Shown: positions 18,681 through 29,228, counted from the first letter of the stretch. The stretch: 64,000 bases of DNA from Candidatus Latescibacterota bacterium (GCA_965242865.1 CBDETK010000013.1:5408001-5472000), one strand, 5' to 3'. Notes: generated by a model not told the origin, from the letters alone. Program-made: numbers and translations.

Positions 18681-20533
18681 CAGAAACTCCCCGCGCCCGA
18701 ACTCAGCAAAAGCGCCAACAGAACGATGGGAAACGCATAAGCCGAATGGCCCAAGAGCAGGCTGTACTGCTGGATCCACACCACCTCGATCAGCATGTAG
18801 CCCATGCCAATGGCGGCAAAGTACAGCCAAGCGGCCCCCGCCAGCCCGGTTTGCCCCCGCCAGCCCGGCAAGAGCAAGAGCGGCACTCCCACGACGACGA
18901 CGATCGCCAGCACGGCCCCTACCAACAGCCGCGCCAGCGGAAAGCCGGCAAACTCAAGGGCTCTACCGCCCGCGTCCAAGCGGTCCCAACGCCCCATCTG
19001 CGCCACAAAGGGCCGGTCGTCGGTCGGCGGGCTGATGTCGGTGGGTGCTGCGGCCCAATGCGCTTCCCAGCCGTCGGCCGCGATCCGGCTGATCAGGTGC
19101 TCGGCCACCGGGGACGGATGGAGGATGCGGCTGGCCGGATCGGCCGCGGCAAACAGGGCTGGCAAGGTCGCATGGACTAGGGTACTCGCCAGCGGCTGCC
19201 GCCCCAAAACCAACACCTGCCGTCGCTGGGTGGGCAGGTCGTACACCACGAGGTGGCTTTGGGCCGCTAAGCCCAACGCCCGCAGCGATGCTAGGGCCGC
19301 ACTGGTCAGCCGCGGGACGTACACTTGGTGCTCGACGAGCAAAAGCCCGTCTGCGGTCAGGGCGCGGTAGAAGTCGGTAAAGGCTTCGACCGTGAATAGG
19401 TAGTTTTCGGCGAGGGCAAAGGCCCCGGACGACAGCGCGGCGAACGTGTTGGAACTGCGCGAGATAATCAGGTCAAACGCGCCCGGGTGCTGCCGGGCAT
19501 AGACGCGGGCGTCCGCGCTGTGGACCTCGACCCCGTCGCTCTCGTATAGATGGCCAAAGAACGCAGCCTGTGCTCCGTGGGTGAGCATTTTGTTGAGCCC
19601 GGCGTTGACTTCAACCGCATCCACGCGCTGCGCCCCGCCCGCTATGGCCTGCAGCACTTCGCTGCCCCCACCGGCCCCCACCACCATCACCCGCTCGGGC
19701 GCGAGGGCGCGAATCAGCGGCCGCAGGTCGAGCGCGAACTCGGGTGGGTCCGCCGGCAGCCCCGAATCGCCGCGCACCCGGTGGAGCAGCATGTTGGCCG
19801 CGCCGTCGATGTCGATGCCGCGCACGGCCGCGCTGTGGGCAAAGACCCGGATGCGGCCCATGGCGTCCCAGCGTTCGGCGATGACCGGGGACTTGGTCGG
19901 GGCCTTGGGCACGAGCGCGGCATCGGCGACCAAGGCCGCGCCCCCGAGCGCGGCGACCAAGGCCAGCACACCGGCGCGCTGGTAGCGGCCCGGCCCCCAT
20001 CCGGCTAGGGCACCGGGAACGCAGCACAGCATGGCCGCGGCCGGCACCCCAAAGGCGTTCATCGCGGCGATGGCAGCCGCACCGCCGCCGGCCGCGCCCA
20101 CTAAGTCGGCCGCGTAGAGTTGGGCCGCGGTTGCGCGGTGGCGGCGCAAGAGCGCGGCGCAGCAGGCCCCGCCGGCCAGATAGGGCAGCAACAACAGCCC
20201 CACGCCCGCAGCCAGCAAGGCGAGGTCGCCTCCAGAACGCCCCAGCGCATTGAATTCGATGGGCAGGCGCGTCACCGCGGCTGGCCCGAGCGCGGCCGTG
20301 CCACTGGCCAAGAGCGCGGCGATGTGCGGCGCGGTGGCCCACGCCGGCCAAAAGCGCAGCGACAGCGCCCCGAGGCCGAGGCCGAGCACGGCGAGGGAAA
20401 CCACGAGAAAGGCAAAGGAGTAGAAGAATTCAGCGGAGAATATCCGCGTCCAGACGATTTCTAGCGCCACCAGCATGGCCGCGACCAAGCCGATGGCCAC
20501 TTGGTCGCGGCGCAAGGGACTCATGGTGCTCAT
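18263..20533 (-). CDS. Polytopic membrane protein with spermidine-synthase-like SAM-binding domain
   Basis: LEIVWTRIFS, LYAADLVGA, VVGAGGGSEV, VEVN, DAR, ENYLFTVEAF, TDDRPF, GFFMGMPFP, NGVASV. Confidence 0.85.
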   Translation of the reverse strand: MSTMSPLRRDQVAIGLVAAMLVALEIVWTRIFSAEFFYSFAFLVVSLAVLGLGLGALSLRFWPAWATAPHIAALLASGTAALGPAAVTRLPIEFNALGRSGGDLALLAAGVGLLLLPYLAGGACCAALLRRHRATAAQLYAADLVGAAGGGAAAIAAMNAFGVPAAAMLCCVPGALAGWGPGRYQRAGVLALVAALGGAALVADAALVPKAPTKSPVIAERWDAMGRIRVFAHSAAVRGIDIDGAANMLLHRVRGDSGLPADPPEFALDLRPLIRALAPERVMVVGAGGGSEVLQAIAGGAQRVDAVEVNAGLNKMLTHGAQAAFFGHLYESDGVEVHSADARVYARQHPGAFDLIISRSSNTFAALSSGAFALAENYLFTVEAFTDFYRALTADGLLLVEHQVYVPRLTSAALASLRALGLAAQSHLVVYDLPTQRRQVLVLGRQPLASTLVHATLPALFAAADPASRILHPSPVAEHLISRIAADGWEAHWAAAPTDISPPTDDRPFVAQMGRWDRLDAGGRALEFAGFPLARLLVGAVLAIVVVVGVPLLLLPGWRGQTGLAGAAWLYFAAIGMGYMLIEVVWIQQYSLLLGHSAYAFPIVLLALLLSSGAGSFCSQRGEPWWPFVFVAVWAAAHLVLFPHVVAVCGRLDWGVRVAISCALIAPAGFFMGMPFPRAVRYVGECIDWGFAVNGVASVFGAALAVFLALHWGFVAALWAAIGCYLGALLLLRSMARAQSICHRHHAGVSTILVGD

Positions 20534-20564
20534 TCCACGGGCGGTCCCATGAAAAATCGGGCGG

Positions 20565-21815
20565 CTAGCTCAAAAACCACGCAATCGGCACGGCCGTAAT
20601 CCCCTCGGCTAACGCCTGAACGCGCCCATCGTTGGACAGAACCAGCGCGTGCAATACAGGTTTATCGAGAATGTCTGCCAAGCGCCGCAGGTGACGGGCG
20701 TCGCCCGCGGCGACGTGTTCGGTCATTTTGATTTCTATGGGAATAAATCCGGCCTCGGTTTCCAATAACAGATCGACCTCCCGGCCGTCGGCGGTGCGCA
20801 GGTGGTACAAGGTCACCGGCAGGCGGCTGTTCTTAATTTGCTTGTAAATCTCGGCAATCACCGCGCTTTCAAACTCGCCTCCCGTAGGCAAGCCACGCCG
20901 CTCTAGCAGGGCGCGTTGCACGCCCGGATCGACAAAGTGGACCTTGGGGGCTTTGGACAAGCGCTTCTGCACATTGCGAAACCAAGGCTGGAGCAAAATG
21001 ATCTGATAGCTGATCTCCAGATAGGTCACAAAACGCTTGGCTGTCTTGGTTGCAATCCCGGCCTGATTGGCCAAACTGGCCAGATTTAGGAGACCGCCGG
21101 TCATGCCGGACAGTGCCTTTTGCGCCCGCACAAAAGGTTCCAATTCCCGCAAGTTGGCCAAGTCGCGCACATCGCGCTGGATATAGGTCTGGATGTAATT
21201 GGCCAGCCATTCGTATTTCTCGGCGGCGTTTAGGCTTTGGTCTGCCAACGCCGGCATGGCCCCAAACTGCAAATAGTCTTCCAAGAGTTGGCGCACCTGT
21301 GCATAGCGCGTCTCTTGATTGGGCATCCCCCACAACAGGTCAGCGGGCGTCCCGCTTCTGAGCCATTGAATCAGGCGCGATTCGGCCACGGGGTCGCTCC
21401 ACGAATCGGTCAGCATTTCCGCAAACGTCAGGGGATACAATTCGACCAAAGAGACTCGCCCAGCCAAACTTTCGCGGATTTTTTTTATCAACAGAATTTG
21501 GCTCGATCCCAAAAGGATGTAGCGCGCATCCGCATACAGGTCATAGACCGCCTTGATCGACTCCACCAAGCGGGGGGCCTTTTGCACCTCGTCGAGAATC
21601 GCCACCGGATACTGCTGCCGCCACTGCGCGGCCGATAGGGCCAGAAAATCAGGGCGCACGACGGGATCTTCTAGCGAGAGATACGCATACTCGGCAAAGC
21701 CAGCCCGGACGAGCGTGGTCTTGCCCGTTTGCCGCGCCCCGGTCAGCACGATGATGCGCCCGAACTTGGACGCTGATTTTTGTTTTAGATCGGGAAGTAA
21801 GGCCCTGTTTTTCAT
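20565..21815 (-). CDS. AAA_14 / DUF4143 ATP-binding protein
   Basis: GARQTGKTT, LDEVQ, ESLAGR, KAPKVHFVDPG, RTADGREVD. Confidence 0.9.
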   Translation of the reverse strand: MKNRALLPDLKQKSASKFGRIIVLTGARQTGKTTLVRAGFAEYAYLSLEDPVVRPDFLALSAAQWRQQYPVAILDEVQKAPRLVESIKAVYDLYADARYILLGSSQILLIKKIRESLAGRVSLVELYPLTFAEMLTDSWSDPVAESRLIQWLRSGTPADLLWGMPNQETRYAQVRQLLEDYLQFGAMPALADQSLNAAEKYEWLANYIQTYIQRDVRDLANLRELEPFVRAQKALSGMTGGLLNLASLANQAGIATKTAKRFVTYLEISYQIILLQPWFRNVQKRLSKAPKVHFVDPGVQRALLERRGLPTGGEFESAVIAEIYKQIKNSRLPVTLYHLRTADGREVDLLLETEAGFIPIEIKMTEHVAAGDARHLRRLADILDKPVLHALVLSNDGRVQALAEGITAVPIAWFLS

Positions 21816-21888
21816 AGTAGTCCCTTTTTGGGCGTAAAATCGGGCATTAAGGCCATAATTTACGCCGAATAGAGACGCTATCAAGGCG

Positions 21889-22212
21889 CTAGTCGAGATG
21901 AAAGACTTCTTCGAGCTCGATCAACACGTCTGCCGGGCTGCCGCCGGCCGGTATATCGACCAAGTCGCCGCAAGCCTCGCCCCAGCGTTGCGTGGCCTCT
22001 TCCGCGAGAAAGCCGGCGAGGGCGGTGGCAAAATCCGTCTCGGTCTCAAAGTAGCCGAAGACGAGCCCGTCTGCGTTCATAAAGAGGGAGTAGCGCTGCC
22101 AGCCGTGGCGGGTGAGGGCCGCGCAGACTTCGGGCCACACGCGGCGATGCACTTCCTTGTACTCGGCGATCCGATCTTTTTTGACCTGCAGCTGAAAACC
22201 AACTCGTCGCAT
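21889..22212 (-). CDS. rhaM: L-rhamnose mutarotase
   Basis: MRRVGFQLQVK..EYKEVH..VWPE..YSLF..LVFGYFE..LEEVFHLD. Confidence 0.85.
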   Translation of the reverse strand: MRRVGFQLQVKKDRIAEYKEVHRRVWPEVCAALTRHGWQRYSLFMNADGLVFGYFETETDFATALAGFLAEEATQRWGEACGDLVDIPAGGSPADVLIELEEVFHLD

Positions 22213-22234
22213 TTGATCAAGCTCCGCGGAAAAT

Positions 22235-22846
22235 TTATTGGCCGCCAAATCTGGTGCCGAGGCCGATGAGGAATGAGAGTCCGGTCGCTCCGCTTTTAAT
22301 AAGTGGAAACTCTTCGTTGTGAAACCAGCGCCGAAAGCGCCCTTCCACCCGCAGGACAAAGGCAGAGCCCACGCGCTTCTGATACCCTAGACCCGCTCCG
22401 GCGGCGAAATAAGTGTCGAAGTCGCCATCCGCCACTAGCTCCTGTAGAGAGCCGTTCACCAGCAGGTAGGGGCTGGACACCGCGTTGCTTGGCACAAAGA
22501 ACGCACCGCGAATTCCAAGATAAAGATCAGTGAGGGAGTCTTTACCACTTGACCTCATCCCAAGACTGAATTCAGGACCAAGGGCTAGCCACTCACGCGG
22601 AAACCACGAAACGTAGAGCGCAGGGATTCCAGGTGCCCAAGAAAATATGGGAACAGCTGGCCCCCCAATAACGGTCACCTCCCTAGCAGGAGAATAGGAA
22701 AACCCAAACAGCGTTCCGACTTCAATGTCCGTCGCTGGGGCGTCCTCTTCTTGATGGGCGAAAACGGGGGAGGGTGCTGCAATAGCCACAAAAGTCACAA
22801 AAGTCACAAAAGGCGTCAGGGACGCAATCGGGATAAAACGCAGCAT
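22235..22846 (-). CDS. Small outer-membrane beta-barrel protein
   Basis: Signal peptide (..VFA/HQEE), amphipathic strands, GAGLGY, LRVEGRFRRWF, C-terminal IGLG.RF. Confidence 0.7.
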   Translation of the reverse strand: MLRFIPIASLTPFVTFVTFVAIAAPSPVFAHQEEDAPATDIEVGTLFGFSYSPAREVTVIGGPAVPIFSWAPGIPALYVSWFPREWLALGPEFSLGMRSSGKDSLTDLYLGIRGAFFVPSNAVSSPYLLVNGSLQELVADGDFDTYFAAGAGLGYQKRVGSAFVLRVEGRFRRWFHNEEFPLIKSGATGLSFLIGLGTRFGGQ

Positions 22847-22916
22847 ATCTTTCCTCCTATTCGGCCCTTCCAGCGCGAACTTAGGCAGCACCGGCTCGCC
22901 AGAAATCGCGCTCCTT

Positions 22917-23459
22917 TCAAGCTCCTTGGAACCGCTCCATATCCGGCACAATGGACTGGCCGCGCTCCAAGTCGAAGTCGATCTCTACGGAGTGGGCTTG
23001 GTACTCTTGGTCGCCGCGCGTGGTCTGGTACACGTCGCGGCCCTCAACGCAGATGGGCATGGTGTGCCACGTCCCGAGGTGCAAGCAGACGCCCACATCG
23101 CCGGCCGAGTAAAAAGCGCGCAGCTCCTCGGCCTTGATGTCGGGTTGGATCGGTCCGACGAGAAACACGGTCGGCGAGTGCAGGCTGGGGTAAAACGACT
23201 GACCGGCGTCCGTGTGAAAGGCAAAATGGGCGCGCGCTAGCCCCTCGGAGATGGGTACGCGCTGCGGATGGAGGGCGTACCAGCTCGGGGGGTCCTTGGG
23301 TTGGGGGCCGGGCGCGGCGAGGACCGGGTACGCGTTGGTGGCATAACCGCCCTTGACCTTGTCCGGCTTGCGCTCCTCAAAGGTGCGAATCACGTGGCCG
23401 AAGGGGGCAAACGCTTGGGATTCGAGCGGCTCAACCGGGATTTTCACGAGGTTCCACAT
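22917..23459 (-). CDS. Ureidoglycolate lyase-like cupin
   Basis: EPL...AFAPFG.VI, H...QSF, LRAF, G.WH motifs of AllA-like proteins. Confidence 0.7.
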   Translation of the reverse strand: MWNLVKIPVEPLESQAFAPFGHVIRTFEERKPDKVKGGYATNAYPVLAAPGPQPKDPPSWYALHPQRVPISEGLARAHFAFHTDAGQSFYPSLHSPTVFLVGPIQPDIKAEELRAFYSAGDVGVCLHLGTWHTMPICVEGRDVYQTTRGDQEYQAHSVEIDFDLERGQSIVPDMERFQGA

Positions 23460-23501
23460 GGCAATCTCCTTTTGCAGTGATTGGGAATCAGGGGCCAGAC
23501 G

Positions 23502-24746
23502 CTATTCAATGCCCAAGGCGGCGTCTATCTCCGCTTGATAGGCGTACGCTTGGCAGGATTCGACCGCGCGGAGCGCGACCGGGCCGCCAGCGCGCCACGA
23601 CTCAAGCACCGCGTAGAGCGCGGCCACGTCCTTGAGGCCGCAGCGGGCATCCACTTCAACGGTGCGCTGGCCGCGAATGGCTTCGGCCAGTTCGTGCAAC
23701 TCATAAGCGATCAGCTTCACATCGACGAGCGGGTCGCCGGCCGAGACGCCGCTCGGAAACAGGTAGCGCGTCAGCGGGTCGAACGATAGGGACGCGCTCT
23801 CGGCCGACGCGAGGATGTCCTCTTGGCTGAGGGGCGCGCCATGACGCCGGGCCAGCGTTACGCGCCCCCCGCGGATGCCAAAGCCGTCAATGCAGCCAGC
23901 GGTGCCCATGATGAGCTCGCGGTGGACGCTGGCGTGGCCGGCGATTCCGACGATCCAGTTCAGGATCGCGCCGCTGGCCATTTTGAAAATCGCTTGGGTC
24001 GTGTCCTCGGCCGCGGCCGGGATGCGCTCCGGCATGGCCTCGAAGCTCTTTTGGTAAAATTCGTAGTCCATGGACATAGAGGCCGATTTTTGCCGCTCCG
24101 GTTCGACCAGCCGCGCATCGGCATAGACTTCGGCAACATCCCCCAACTGGTAGCGGATTACATGGGTGAAGTGAACGGCCATGTCGAGGATAAAGCCGCC
24201 CAACTCGCGGCGGTGCCGCCAAGGGGTGATAAAAATGGAATTGCCCGGGCCGAGCGAGTGGTACAACCCCATGTACGGCGTGCCGATGGCGCCGCGGTCA
24301 ATTAGGTGGCGCACGATGCGGGCCGAAGGGTCGCGGCGGAAGTTTTCGGCCACGGAGACTAGGCGTTCGTTGCGGTCGGCCGCGGCGAGAATGTGTTGGC
24401 AGGCGCGCACGGTGATGGCCAGCGGCTTTTCCACTAGCACGTGCAATCCCAAGTCGAGGGCCTCGCAGACGACCTCGTGATGCACCGAAGGATCGGTCAC
24501 CACATCTACGGCCTCTAGGTCCGGCACCTGCTGGACCAGCTCGTCCAGCTTGGTGCAGACCTTGGGGCGAACCCCGAAGAGTTGGGCGGCTTCGGCCGCG
24601 GCCAGCTCAGCGTTTTCAGCGCGGATGTCGCAGACCGCGCTTAGTTCTATTGAATCGAAGGGGGAGTCCGCGAGTTGCTTGAGGCCGTGTAGATGGCGGG
24701 TGCCCATGCCGCCGCAGCCGACGAGGGCCAAGCGCACTTTGTCCAT
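23502..24746 (-). CDS. Gfo/Idh/MocA family oxidoreductase
   Basis: VGCGGMG, HVLVEKP, AENFRRDP, DMAVH. Confidence 0.92.
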   Translation of the reverse strand: MDKVRLALVGCGGMGTRHLHGLKQLADSPFDSIELSAVCDIRAENAELAAAEAAQLFGVRPKVCTKLDELVQQVPDLEAVDVVTDPSVHHEVVCEALDLGLHVLVEKPLAITVRACQHILAAADRNERLVSVAENFRRDPSARIVRHLIDRGAIGTPYMGLYHSLGPGNSIFITPWRHRRELGGFILDMAVHFTHVIRYQLGDVAEVYADARLVEPERQKSASMSMDYEFYQKSFEAMPERIPAAAEDTTQAIFKMASGAILNWIVGIAGHASVHRELIMGTAGCIDGFGIRGGRVTLARRHGAPLSQEDILASAESASLSFDPLTRYLFPSGVSAGDPLVDVKLIAYELHELAEAIRGQRTVEVDARCGLKDVAALYAVLESWRAGGPVALRAVESCQAYAYQAEIDAALGIE

Positions 24747-24762
24747 TTATATAATTCCCCTG

Positions 24763-26247
24763 TCAAAAGGCCAATAGCATCGGCCCCATGCGCTCAAGCA
24801 AGAGGGCGCGGTAGCGCTCGGCCTTGGCTACTTGCAGCCGCTCGAGCGGGTTGAAGTCGTCGGTGATGAGCTCGCCTGCGGGGGGCATGGGGTGTTCGTG
24901 GGCCGCGAGCCAGTCGGCGGCCGCATGGAGGGCCATGGGCTGCCGCGAAGCCAAGAACACAAAGTCGTTAAACGCTTCGCCCGGCAGGGAGACCAGAGCT
25001 AGGCGGTGCGGGTACAGCGCGCCCAGCGTGTGGTACACGGCCGCCGCGGCCTCGGCTTCTGGCCCCTCTGTGAAGCCTACGAAGTTCAGGGCCAAAACCC
25101 CGTCGTCCTTGAGGAGCCGGTCGAGGTCGTTGAGCATTTCGACGCTCAGCAGGTGGCTGGGCACGGCCCCGCCGGTGAAGCAGTCGTGGACAATGAAGTC
25201 GTATTGCTGGTTGAGGCGGCGGATTTCGTAGCGGGCGTCGCCCACGCGCAGCGCGCCCGATGGCTCGTAGAGAAAGTATTGCTGGGCGGCTTGGGCCACG
25301 GCCGGATCCAGCTCTAAGGCGTCGGTGGCAATGCCTTGGGCCGCAAAGGCCATTGCAATGTAGCCCCCGCCGAGGCCGATCAGCAGCGCGTCGCGCCCCT
25401 CCGGGCGCAGGGAAGGCAGGGCGGCGATGATTTTTTGGTAGCTGAGCACTGGCCCGCGGGTGTCGAGCCGCAGCGCACTGATGACCGAAGCGTCCGACAG
25501 CATCCACCGGACGCGGCGAGCGCGGTCGTCGATGACCCGCACCCAGCCGTAGTGGCTTTCGGTTTGGTGGACGAGGCGATAGTCGCCGTATTCGGTCGGC
25601 TTGGGCGCGGCCTGTAGCCAGAGCAACGCGCCGGTCGCCAGGGCCGCAGCCGCGGCCACCCCCCAGCGCCGCTCGTACCATGCCACGACTAGGGCCAGCA
25701 GGATCAAGGCCGCGCTGACGCCGCTGAGAATCACCCGCGACCCCAGGGCCGGCAGGAGGAAAAAGCCCAACAGCAAAGTGCCCACCACGCTGCCGACCGT
25801 GCTGACCGCAAAGACCGATCCGGCCGTGCGGCCCACGCCCGCTCGCCGCGCCGCCAGCTCGATCACCTGCGGCCCCACCATCCCGAGGCAGGTCAGGGGC
25901 AGGGCAAAAAGCAGCAGGGCGCTGGTAAAGGCCCCGGCGCGTAGCCCCAGATCGTTGGTCCACAGCAAGACCGGGCGGCTGACAAACGGAATCGCGGCCG
26001 TCGTCAGCCCGGCGAGCGCGATGGCGTGGGAAAGCCGAAAGCGCGTCTTGCGGTCAGCGACCAAGCCCCCGAGGTAATAGCCGAGGGCCAAGGCGATCAA
26101 CGCGACCGATATGAGCGACGACCACACGTACAGACTGACCCCGTAAAAGGGGCCGATGATGCGCGTACCCAGCAGCTCCAGCATCATCACCGCGGCACCC
26201 GAGAGGGTCGCGGTGCCGTACAGCAGCAGCCGATCCAGTTTAGTCAT
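24763..26247 (-). CDS. Fused MFS-like / spermidine synthase domain protein
   Basis: MLELLGTRIIGPFYG.SLYVW, STVGSVVG, IGLGGG, ELDP, GDAR, DCFTGGAVPSHL, TDDFNPLE. Confidence 0.88.
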   Translation of the reverse strand: MTKLDRLLLYGTATLSGAAVMMLELLGTRIIGPFYGVSLYVWSSLISVALIALALGYYLGGLVADRKTRFRLSHAIALAGLTTAAIPFVSRPVLLWTNDLGLRAGAFTSALLLFALPLTCLGMVGPQVIELAARRAGVGRTAGSVFAVSTVGSVVGTLLLGFFLLPALGSRVILSGVSAALILLALVVAWYERRWGVAAAAALATGALLWLQAAPKPTEYGDYRLVHQTESHYGWVRVIDDRARRVRWMLSDASVISALRLDTRGPVLSYQKIIAALPSLRPEGRDALLIGLGGGYIAMAFAAQGIATDALELDPAVAQAAQQYFLYEPSGALRVGDARYEIRRLNQQYDFIVHDCFTGGAVPSHLLSVEMLNDLDRLLKDDGVLALNFVGFTEGPEAEAAAAVYHTLGALYPHRLALVSLPGEAFNDFVFLASRQPMALHAAADWLAAHEHPMPPAGELITDDFNPLERLQVAKAERYRALLLERMGPMLLAF

Positions 26248-27592
26248 GCCCGCTGCTTTCTCGGGCCGCTTGCGCGAGTTGTTGGTAACGCTGCATGGCC
26301 GCGGCCGCCCGGGCGTCTAGCCCTTGGCTCTTGTAGAGACGCGCGAGGTGGAAATGGGCGTCGGCGTACTCTGGGGCCAGCCGGAGGGCCTTGGCGAGGG
26401 CTTGGCTGGCGCGCTGCACATCGCCGCCGAGCAGGTACGCCGCGCCGAGGTTGGTAAAGCCCTTGGCGTAGCGCGGGTTGATCGCTAGAGCGATCTCGTA
26501 GTGTTCAATGGCCTCGGCAATGCGGCCTTGGCGCAACAATACATTGGCGAGGTTGTTGCGCGCACTCAGGTCTTGGTCGTTGATGCGGAGCGCGGCCGCG
26601 TACTCGACGCCGGCCTCGGCATAGCGCCCCAAGCCGCCGTAGAGCACGCCGAGGTTGTAGTGCGCGTTGGCGTCGTCGGGGTAGAGGCCGAGGATGTAGC
26701 GGAACCGCTCGATGTCGTCGTACACGGGTTGGACGCGCTGAAAGGTGGCCAAGAGCTTCTCGCCCCGCTCGGCGTCGCCGCGGCGCGTCAACAGGATGCC
26801 GAGCCGGTGGTACGCCTCGGGATTAAACGGGTCGAGGGCTAGGGCGCGGGCCAAGAGCTGCTCGGCCTCGTCGGCCCGGCCCTGCTGGGCGCGCACTTGG
26901 CCCAACCCGATGTGCGGGGCTGCGTCGTCCGGGCGCAGCGCAATGGCCCGGGCAAAGTGGGCGGCCGCTGCGGCGTGCTCGCCCTGCTTGGCTTGGATTT
27001 GCCCCAGCCGGAGATAGGCGTCGCTATACGCGGTGTCGAGCTGGGTGGCGCGGGTGAACGCCGCGCCGGCCGCGCTGTACTGCGCTTGGCGTTCGTAGAT
27101 CACCCCGAGGTTGTAAGTGATGGCGGGGTCGTCCGTGGCCCGCGCCTGCGCTTGCTGGAGGACCGCGACCGCTTCGGCGTAGCGGCCATCGTCTGCGTGG
27201 GCAATGGCCAACTTGCGGTAGAGGTCGATGCGGTCGGGGGCCGTCGCCAGCCCCTCTTGGTAGGTGGTGGCTGCATCCCCGTTGCGCCGCTGCCGGACGT
27301 AAATGTCGCCCAAGAGGACGTAGGTGTCCGGGTCGCTTGGGGCCAGCGCGACGGCCTGCTCGGCCAGTTGGGACGCCAGCCCTAGCCGCCCTTGTATCAA
27401 GTCGAGGCGGGCCAGCAGCAGGCGGGCTTGGAGGTGCTGGCTGTCTGCTGAGAGGACCTGCTTACAGGCCGCGACCGCGGCCGTGTACTCGCCGGCCGCG
27501 GCGAGGCGCTGCGCTTGGTCAAAGGGGTCGTCTGTGGGGTTGCCACAGGCGGCGAACAGGGCGGTCGCCCAAACGCTAACCTTGAGAATCAT
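26240..27592 (-). CDS. TPR-repeat lipoprotein
   Basis: Lipobox LFAAC; about ten TPRs (AHYNLG..Y..LGRY.EA). Confidence 0.88.
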   Translation of the reverse strand: MILKVSVWATALFAACGNPTDDPFDQAQRLAAAGEYTAAVAACKQVLSADSQHLQARLLLARLDLIQGRLGLASQLAEQAVALAPSDPDTYVLLGDIYVRQRRNGDAATTYQEGLATAPDRIDLYRKLAIAHADDGRYAEAVAVLQQAQARATDDPAITYNLGVIYERQAQYSAAGAAFTRATQLDTAYSDAYLRLGQIQAKQGEHAAAAAHFARAIALRPDDAAPHIGLGQVRAQQGRADEAEQLLARALALDPFNPEAYHRLGILLTRRGDAERGEKLLATFQRVQPVYDDIERFRYILGLYPDDANAHYNLGVLYGGLGRYAEAGVEYAAALRINDQDLSARNNLANVLLRQGRIAEAIEHYEIALAINPRYAKGFTNLGAAYLLGGDVQRASQALAKALRLAPEYADAHFHLARLYKSQGLDARAAAAMQRYQQLAQAARESSGHD

Positions 27593-29228
27593 ACATGGCC
27601 GCGAGGTGATCTCGGTAGATGGAGATGTGCGCGGCGTGCTTTTCGCGCAAGTGGGCGACGAGCTCGTTGTAGAGGCGGTTCTCTTCCCGTTGGGTATGCC
27701 AGTAGCGCACTTGTTTTTTCACCTCGTCGTAGGGCTTGGGCGCGGGGGCGGTTTTGTGCTGCACCTCAAACAGGGAGAAGCCGCCTTGGCGGTGATCGGT
27801 GGCCGTGATTTCGATGGGGCCGGTCAGCACCCCTACTTCTGCGGCGAGGGCCGCTTCGAGCAATTCGCCAAACGCGACCCGCTCAAAGGAATGGAGGTGG
27901 AAGACGCCGGCGTCGTGCCCTGAGCGGATGCTGTGCTCAGCCGCCAACTCGCCCAGATCGGCCCCGGCCCGGACTTCGGCGGCGAGGGCTGCGGCTTCGG
28001 CGCGAGTGCCCACGAGGATTTCGCGCACGGTGAGGGTTTGATCGGCCATAAAGCGGTGCAGGTTGGCCTCGTAGTAGCGCACGAGCGCGTCTTCGCTCTG
28101 ATCGACGTGCATTTCCACGCGCCGGGCGCGCAGCGCATCGACGAGCATGGCGCGCTTTTTGCGCTTGAGCCACTCGACGATCGCCGGCTTTTGCGCCAGC
28201 CCGCGCCGCTCAATTTCCAAGGGGAAGAGCACTTCCGGGACGAGGTAGAGCCGGACGAATTCGTCGAGGCCGCTGCTGTCGGCGCGGACGCGTGCGACTC
28301 GGCGGACCTTGGGATAGAGGGCGTTGAAATCGGCTTGGGCGATGTGGCCGCCGTTGTAGCGGCCGAGGACGCCGGCCGGGTCCATGTCGGCCACAGTGCC
28401 GGCCGCGACGTTTGCAGCGAGATCGGCCAAGGCGCGACCGTCGAGCTCGACCGCGTAGGCTTTGCTCAATTCGGCGACTAGGGCGCGGCGGCGCTCGCTG
28501 TGGGCGGCGAGCAGCGCGCCTTGGGAAAAGACCAGATAGTAGCTCGCCGGGGCCGGGCGCTCGTCCAAGACCTTGTACAGATCGTAGTGCGGGCCGACCG
28601 CCAGCGGGGCGCTGACCTCGCCTTTGGCCAGCTCAAAGATGGCCTCGGCTACCTCTAGGGGGACTGCCAAGGCGTCGAGATTCCCGCGCCCGAAGTAGGA
28701 TTCCAGCCCGGGTTGGCGGTGGGTCAAGTGCGGGCCGGACAACTCCGCAAAGGGGGTGCCGGTTGCTAGCTGGCGCACCACCTGTGCGGCTTGGTCGGCC
28801 GTGGCCGAGCGAATGCGCGCCAACTTGAGAATCCGACTCCACTTACTCTCGCTCCACTGCCGCTTTATTTCCTCCGGCGGCAGGTCGATTTTGTCTTGAA
28901 TTTCCAGCTTGACGAATTCTGCAAAGAGCTTCTTCTCGCGCTCTTCGGCCCACTGCGCGGCAAAGCTCGAATCGGCCGCGAGCGGCTGGGCTTCCACCAG
29001 CAGGAGCTCCAGATCGATCATGGCTTGGAGGTACTCGTCGAGCGCGTCAACGCCCTCCTTTTCGGACAGCAAGAGCGCCGGCATAGTGCCCTTAAACCGC
29101 AACACGTCCTCAAAGGTGATATCGACCTCGCCGACCCGGGCGACGACGCTTTGGTCAACCGGGGCACTGCAAGCGGCGACGAGCGCGAGCAGATAGAGGG
29201 CGCGGATGGCCTTAGCTGTTGTCGGCAC
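27576..29228 (-). CDS. PpiC/SurA-type peptidyl-prolyl isomerase lipoprotein
   Basis: GTG 29228, lipobox LVAAC, VARVG..IT, two rotamase-like units (F.ELS; VREILV...LAAEHS). Confidence 0.8.
   Translation of the reverse strand: MPTTAKAIRALYLLALVAACSAPVDQSVVARVGEVDITFEDVLRFKGTMPALLLSEKEGVDALDEYLQAMIDLELLLVEAQPLAADSSFAAQWAEEREKKLFAEFVKLEIQDKIDLPPEEIKRQWSESKWSRILKLARIRSATADQAAQVVRQLATGTPFAELSGPHLTHRQPGLESYFGRGNLDALAVPLEVAEAIFELAKGEVSAPLAVGPHYDLYKVLDERPAPASYYLVFSQGALLAAHSERRRALVAELSKAYAVELDGRALADLAANVAAGTVADMDPAGVLGRYNGGHIAQADFNALYPKVRRVARVRADSSGLDEFVRLYLVPEVLFPLEIERRGLAQKPAIVEWLKRKKRAMLVDALRARRVEMHVDQSEDALVRYYEANLHRFMADQTLTVREILVGTRAEAAALAAEVRAGADLGELAAEHSIRSGHDAGVFHLHSFERVAFGELLEAALAAEVGVLTGPIEITATDHRQGGFSLFEVQHKTAPAPKPYDEVKKQVRYWHTQREENRLYNELVAHLREKHAAHISIYRDHLAAMYDSQG

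Noticed and set aside
1270-21815. Two AAA_14/DUF4143 ATPases as a dedicated system
   Set aside because: Distant, divergent solo genes of a common multi-copy family; no shared partners
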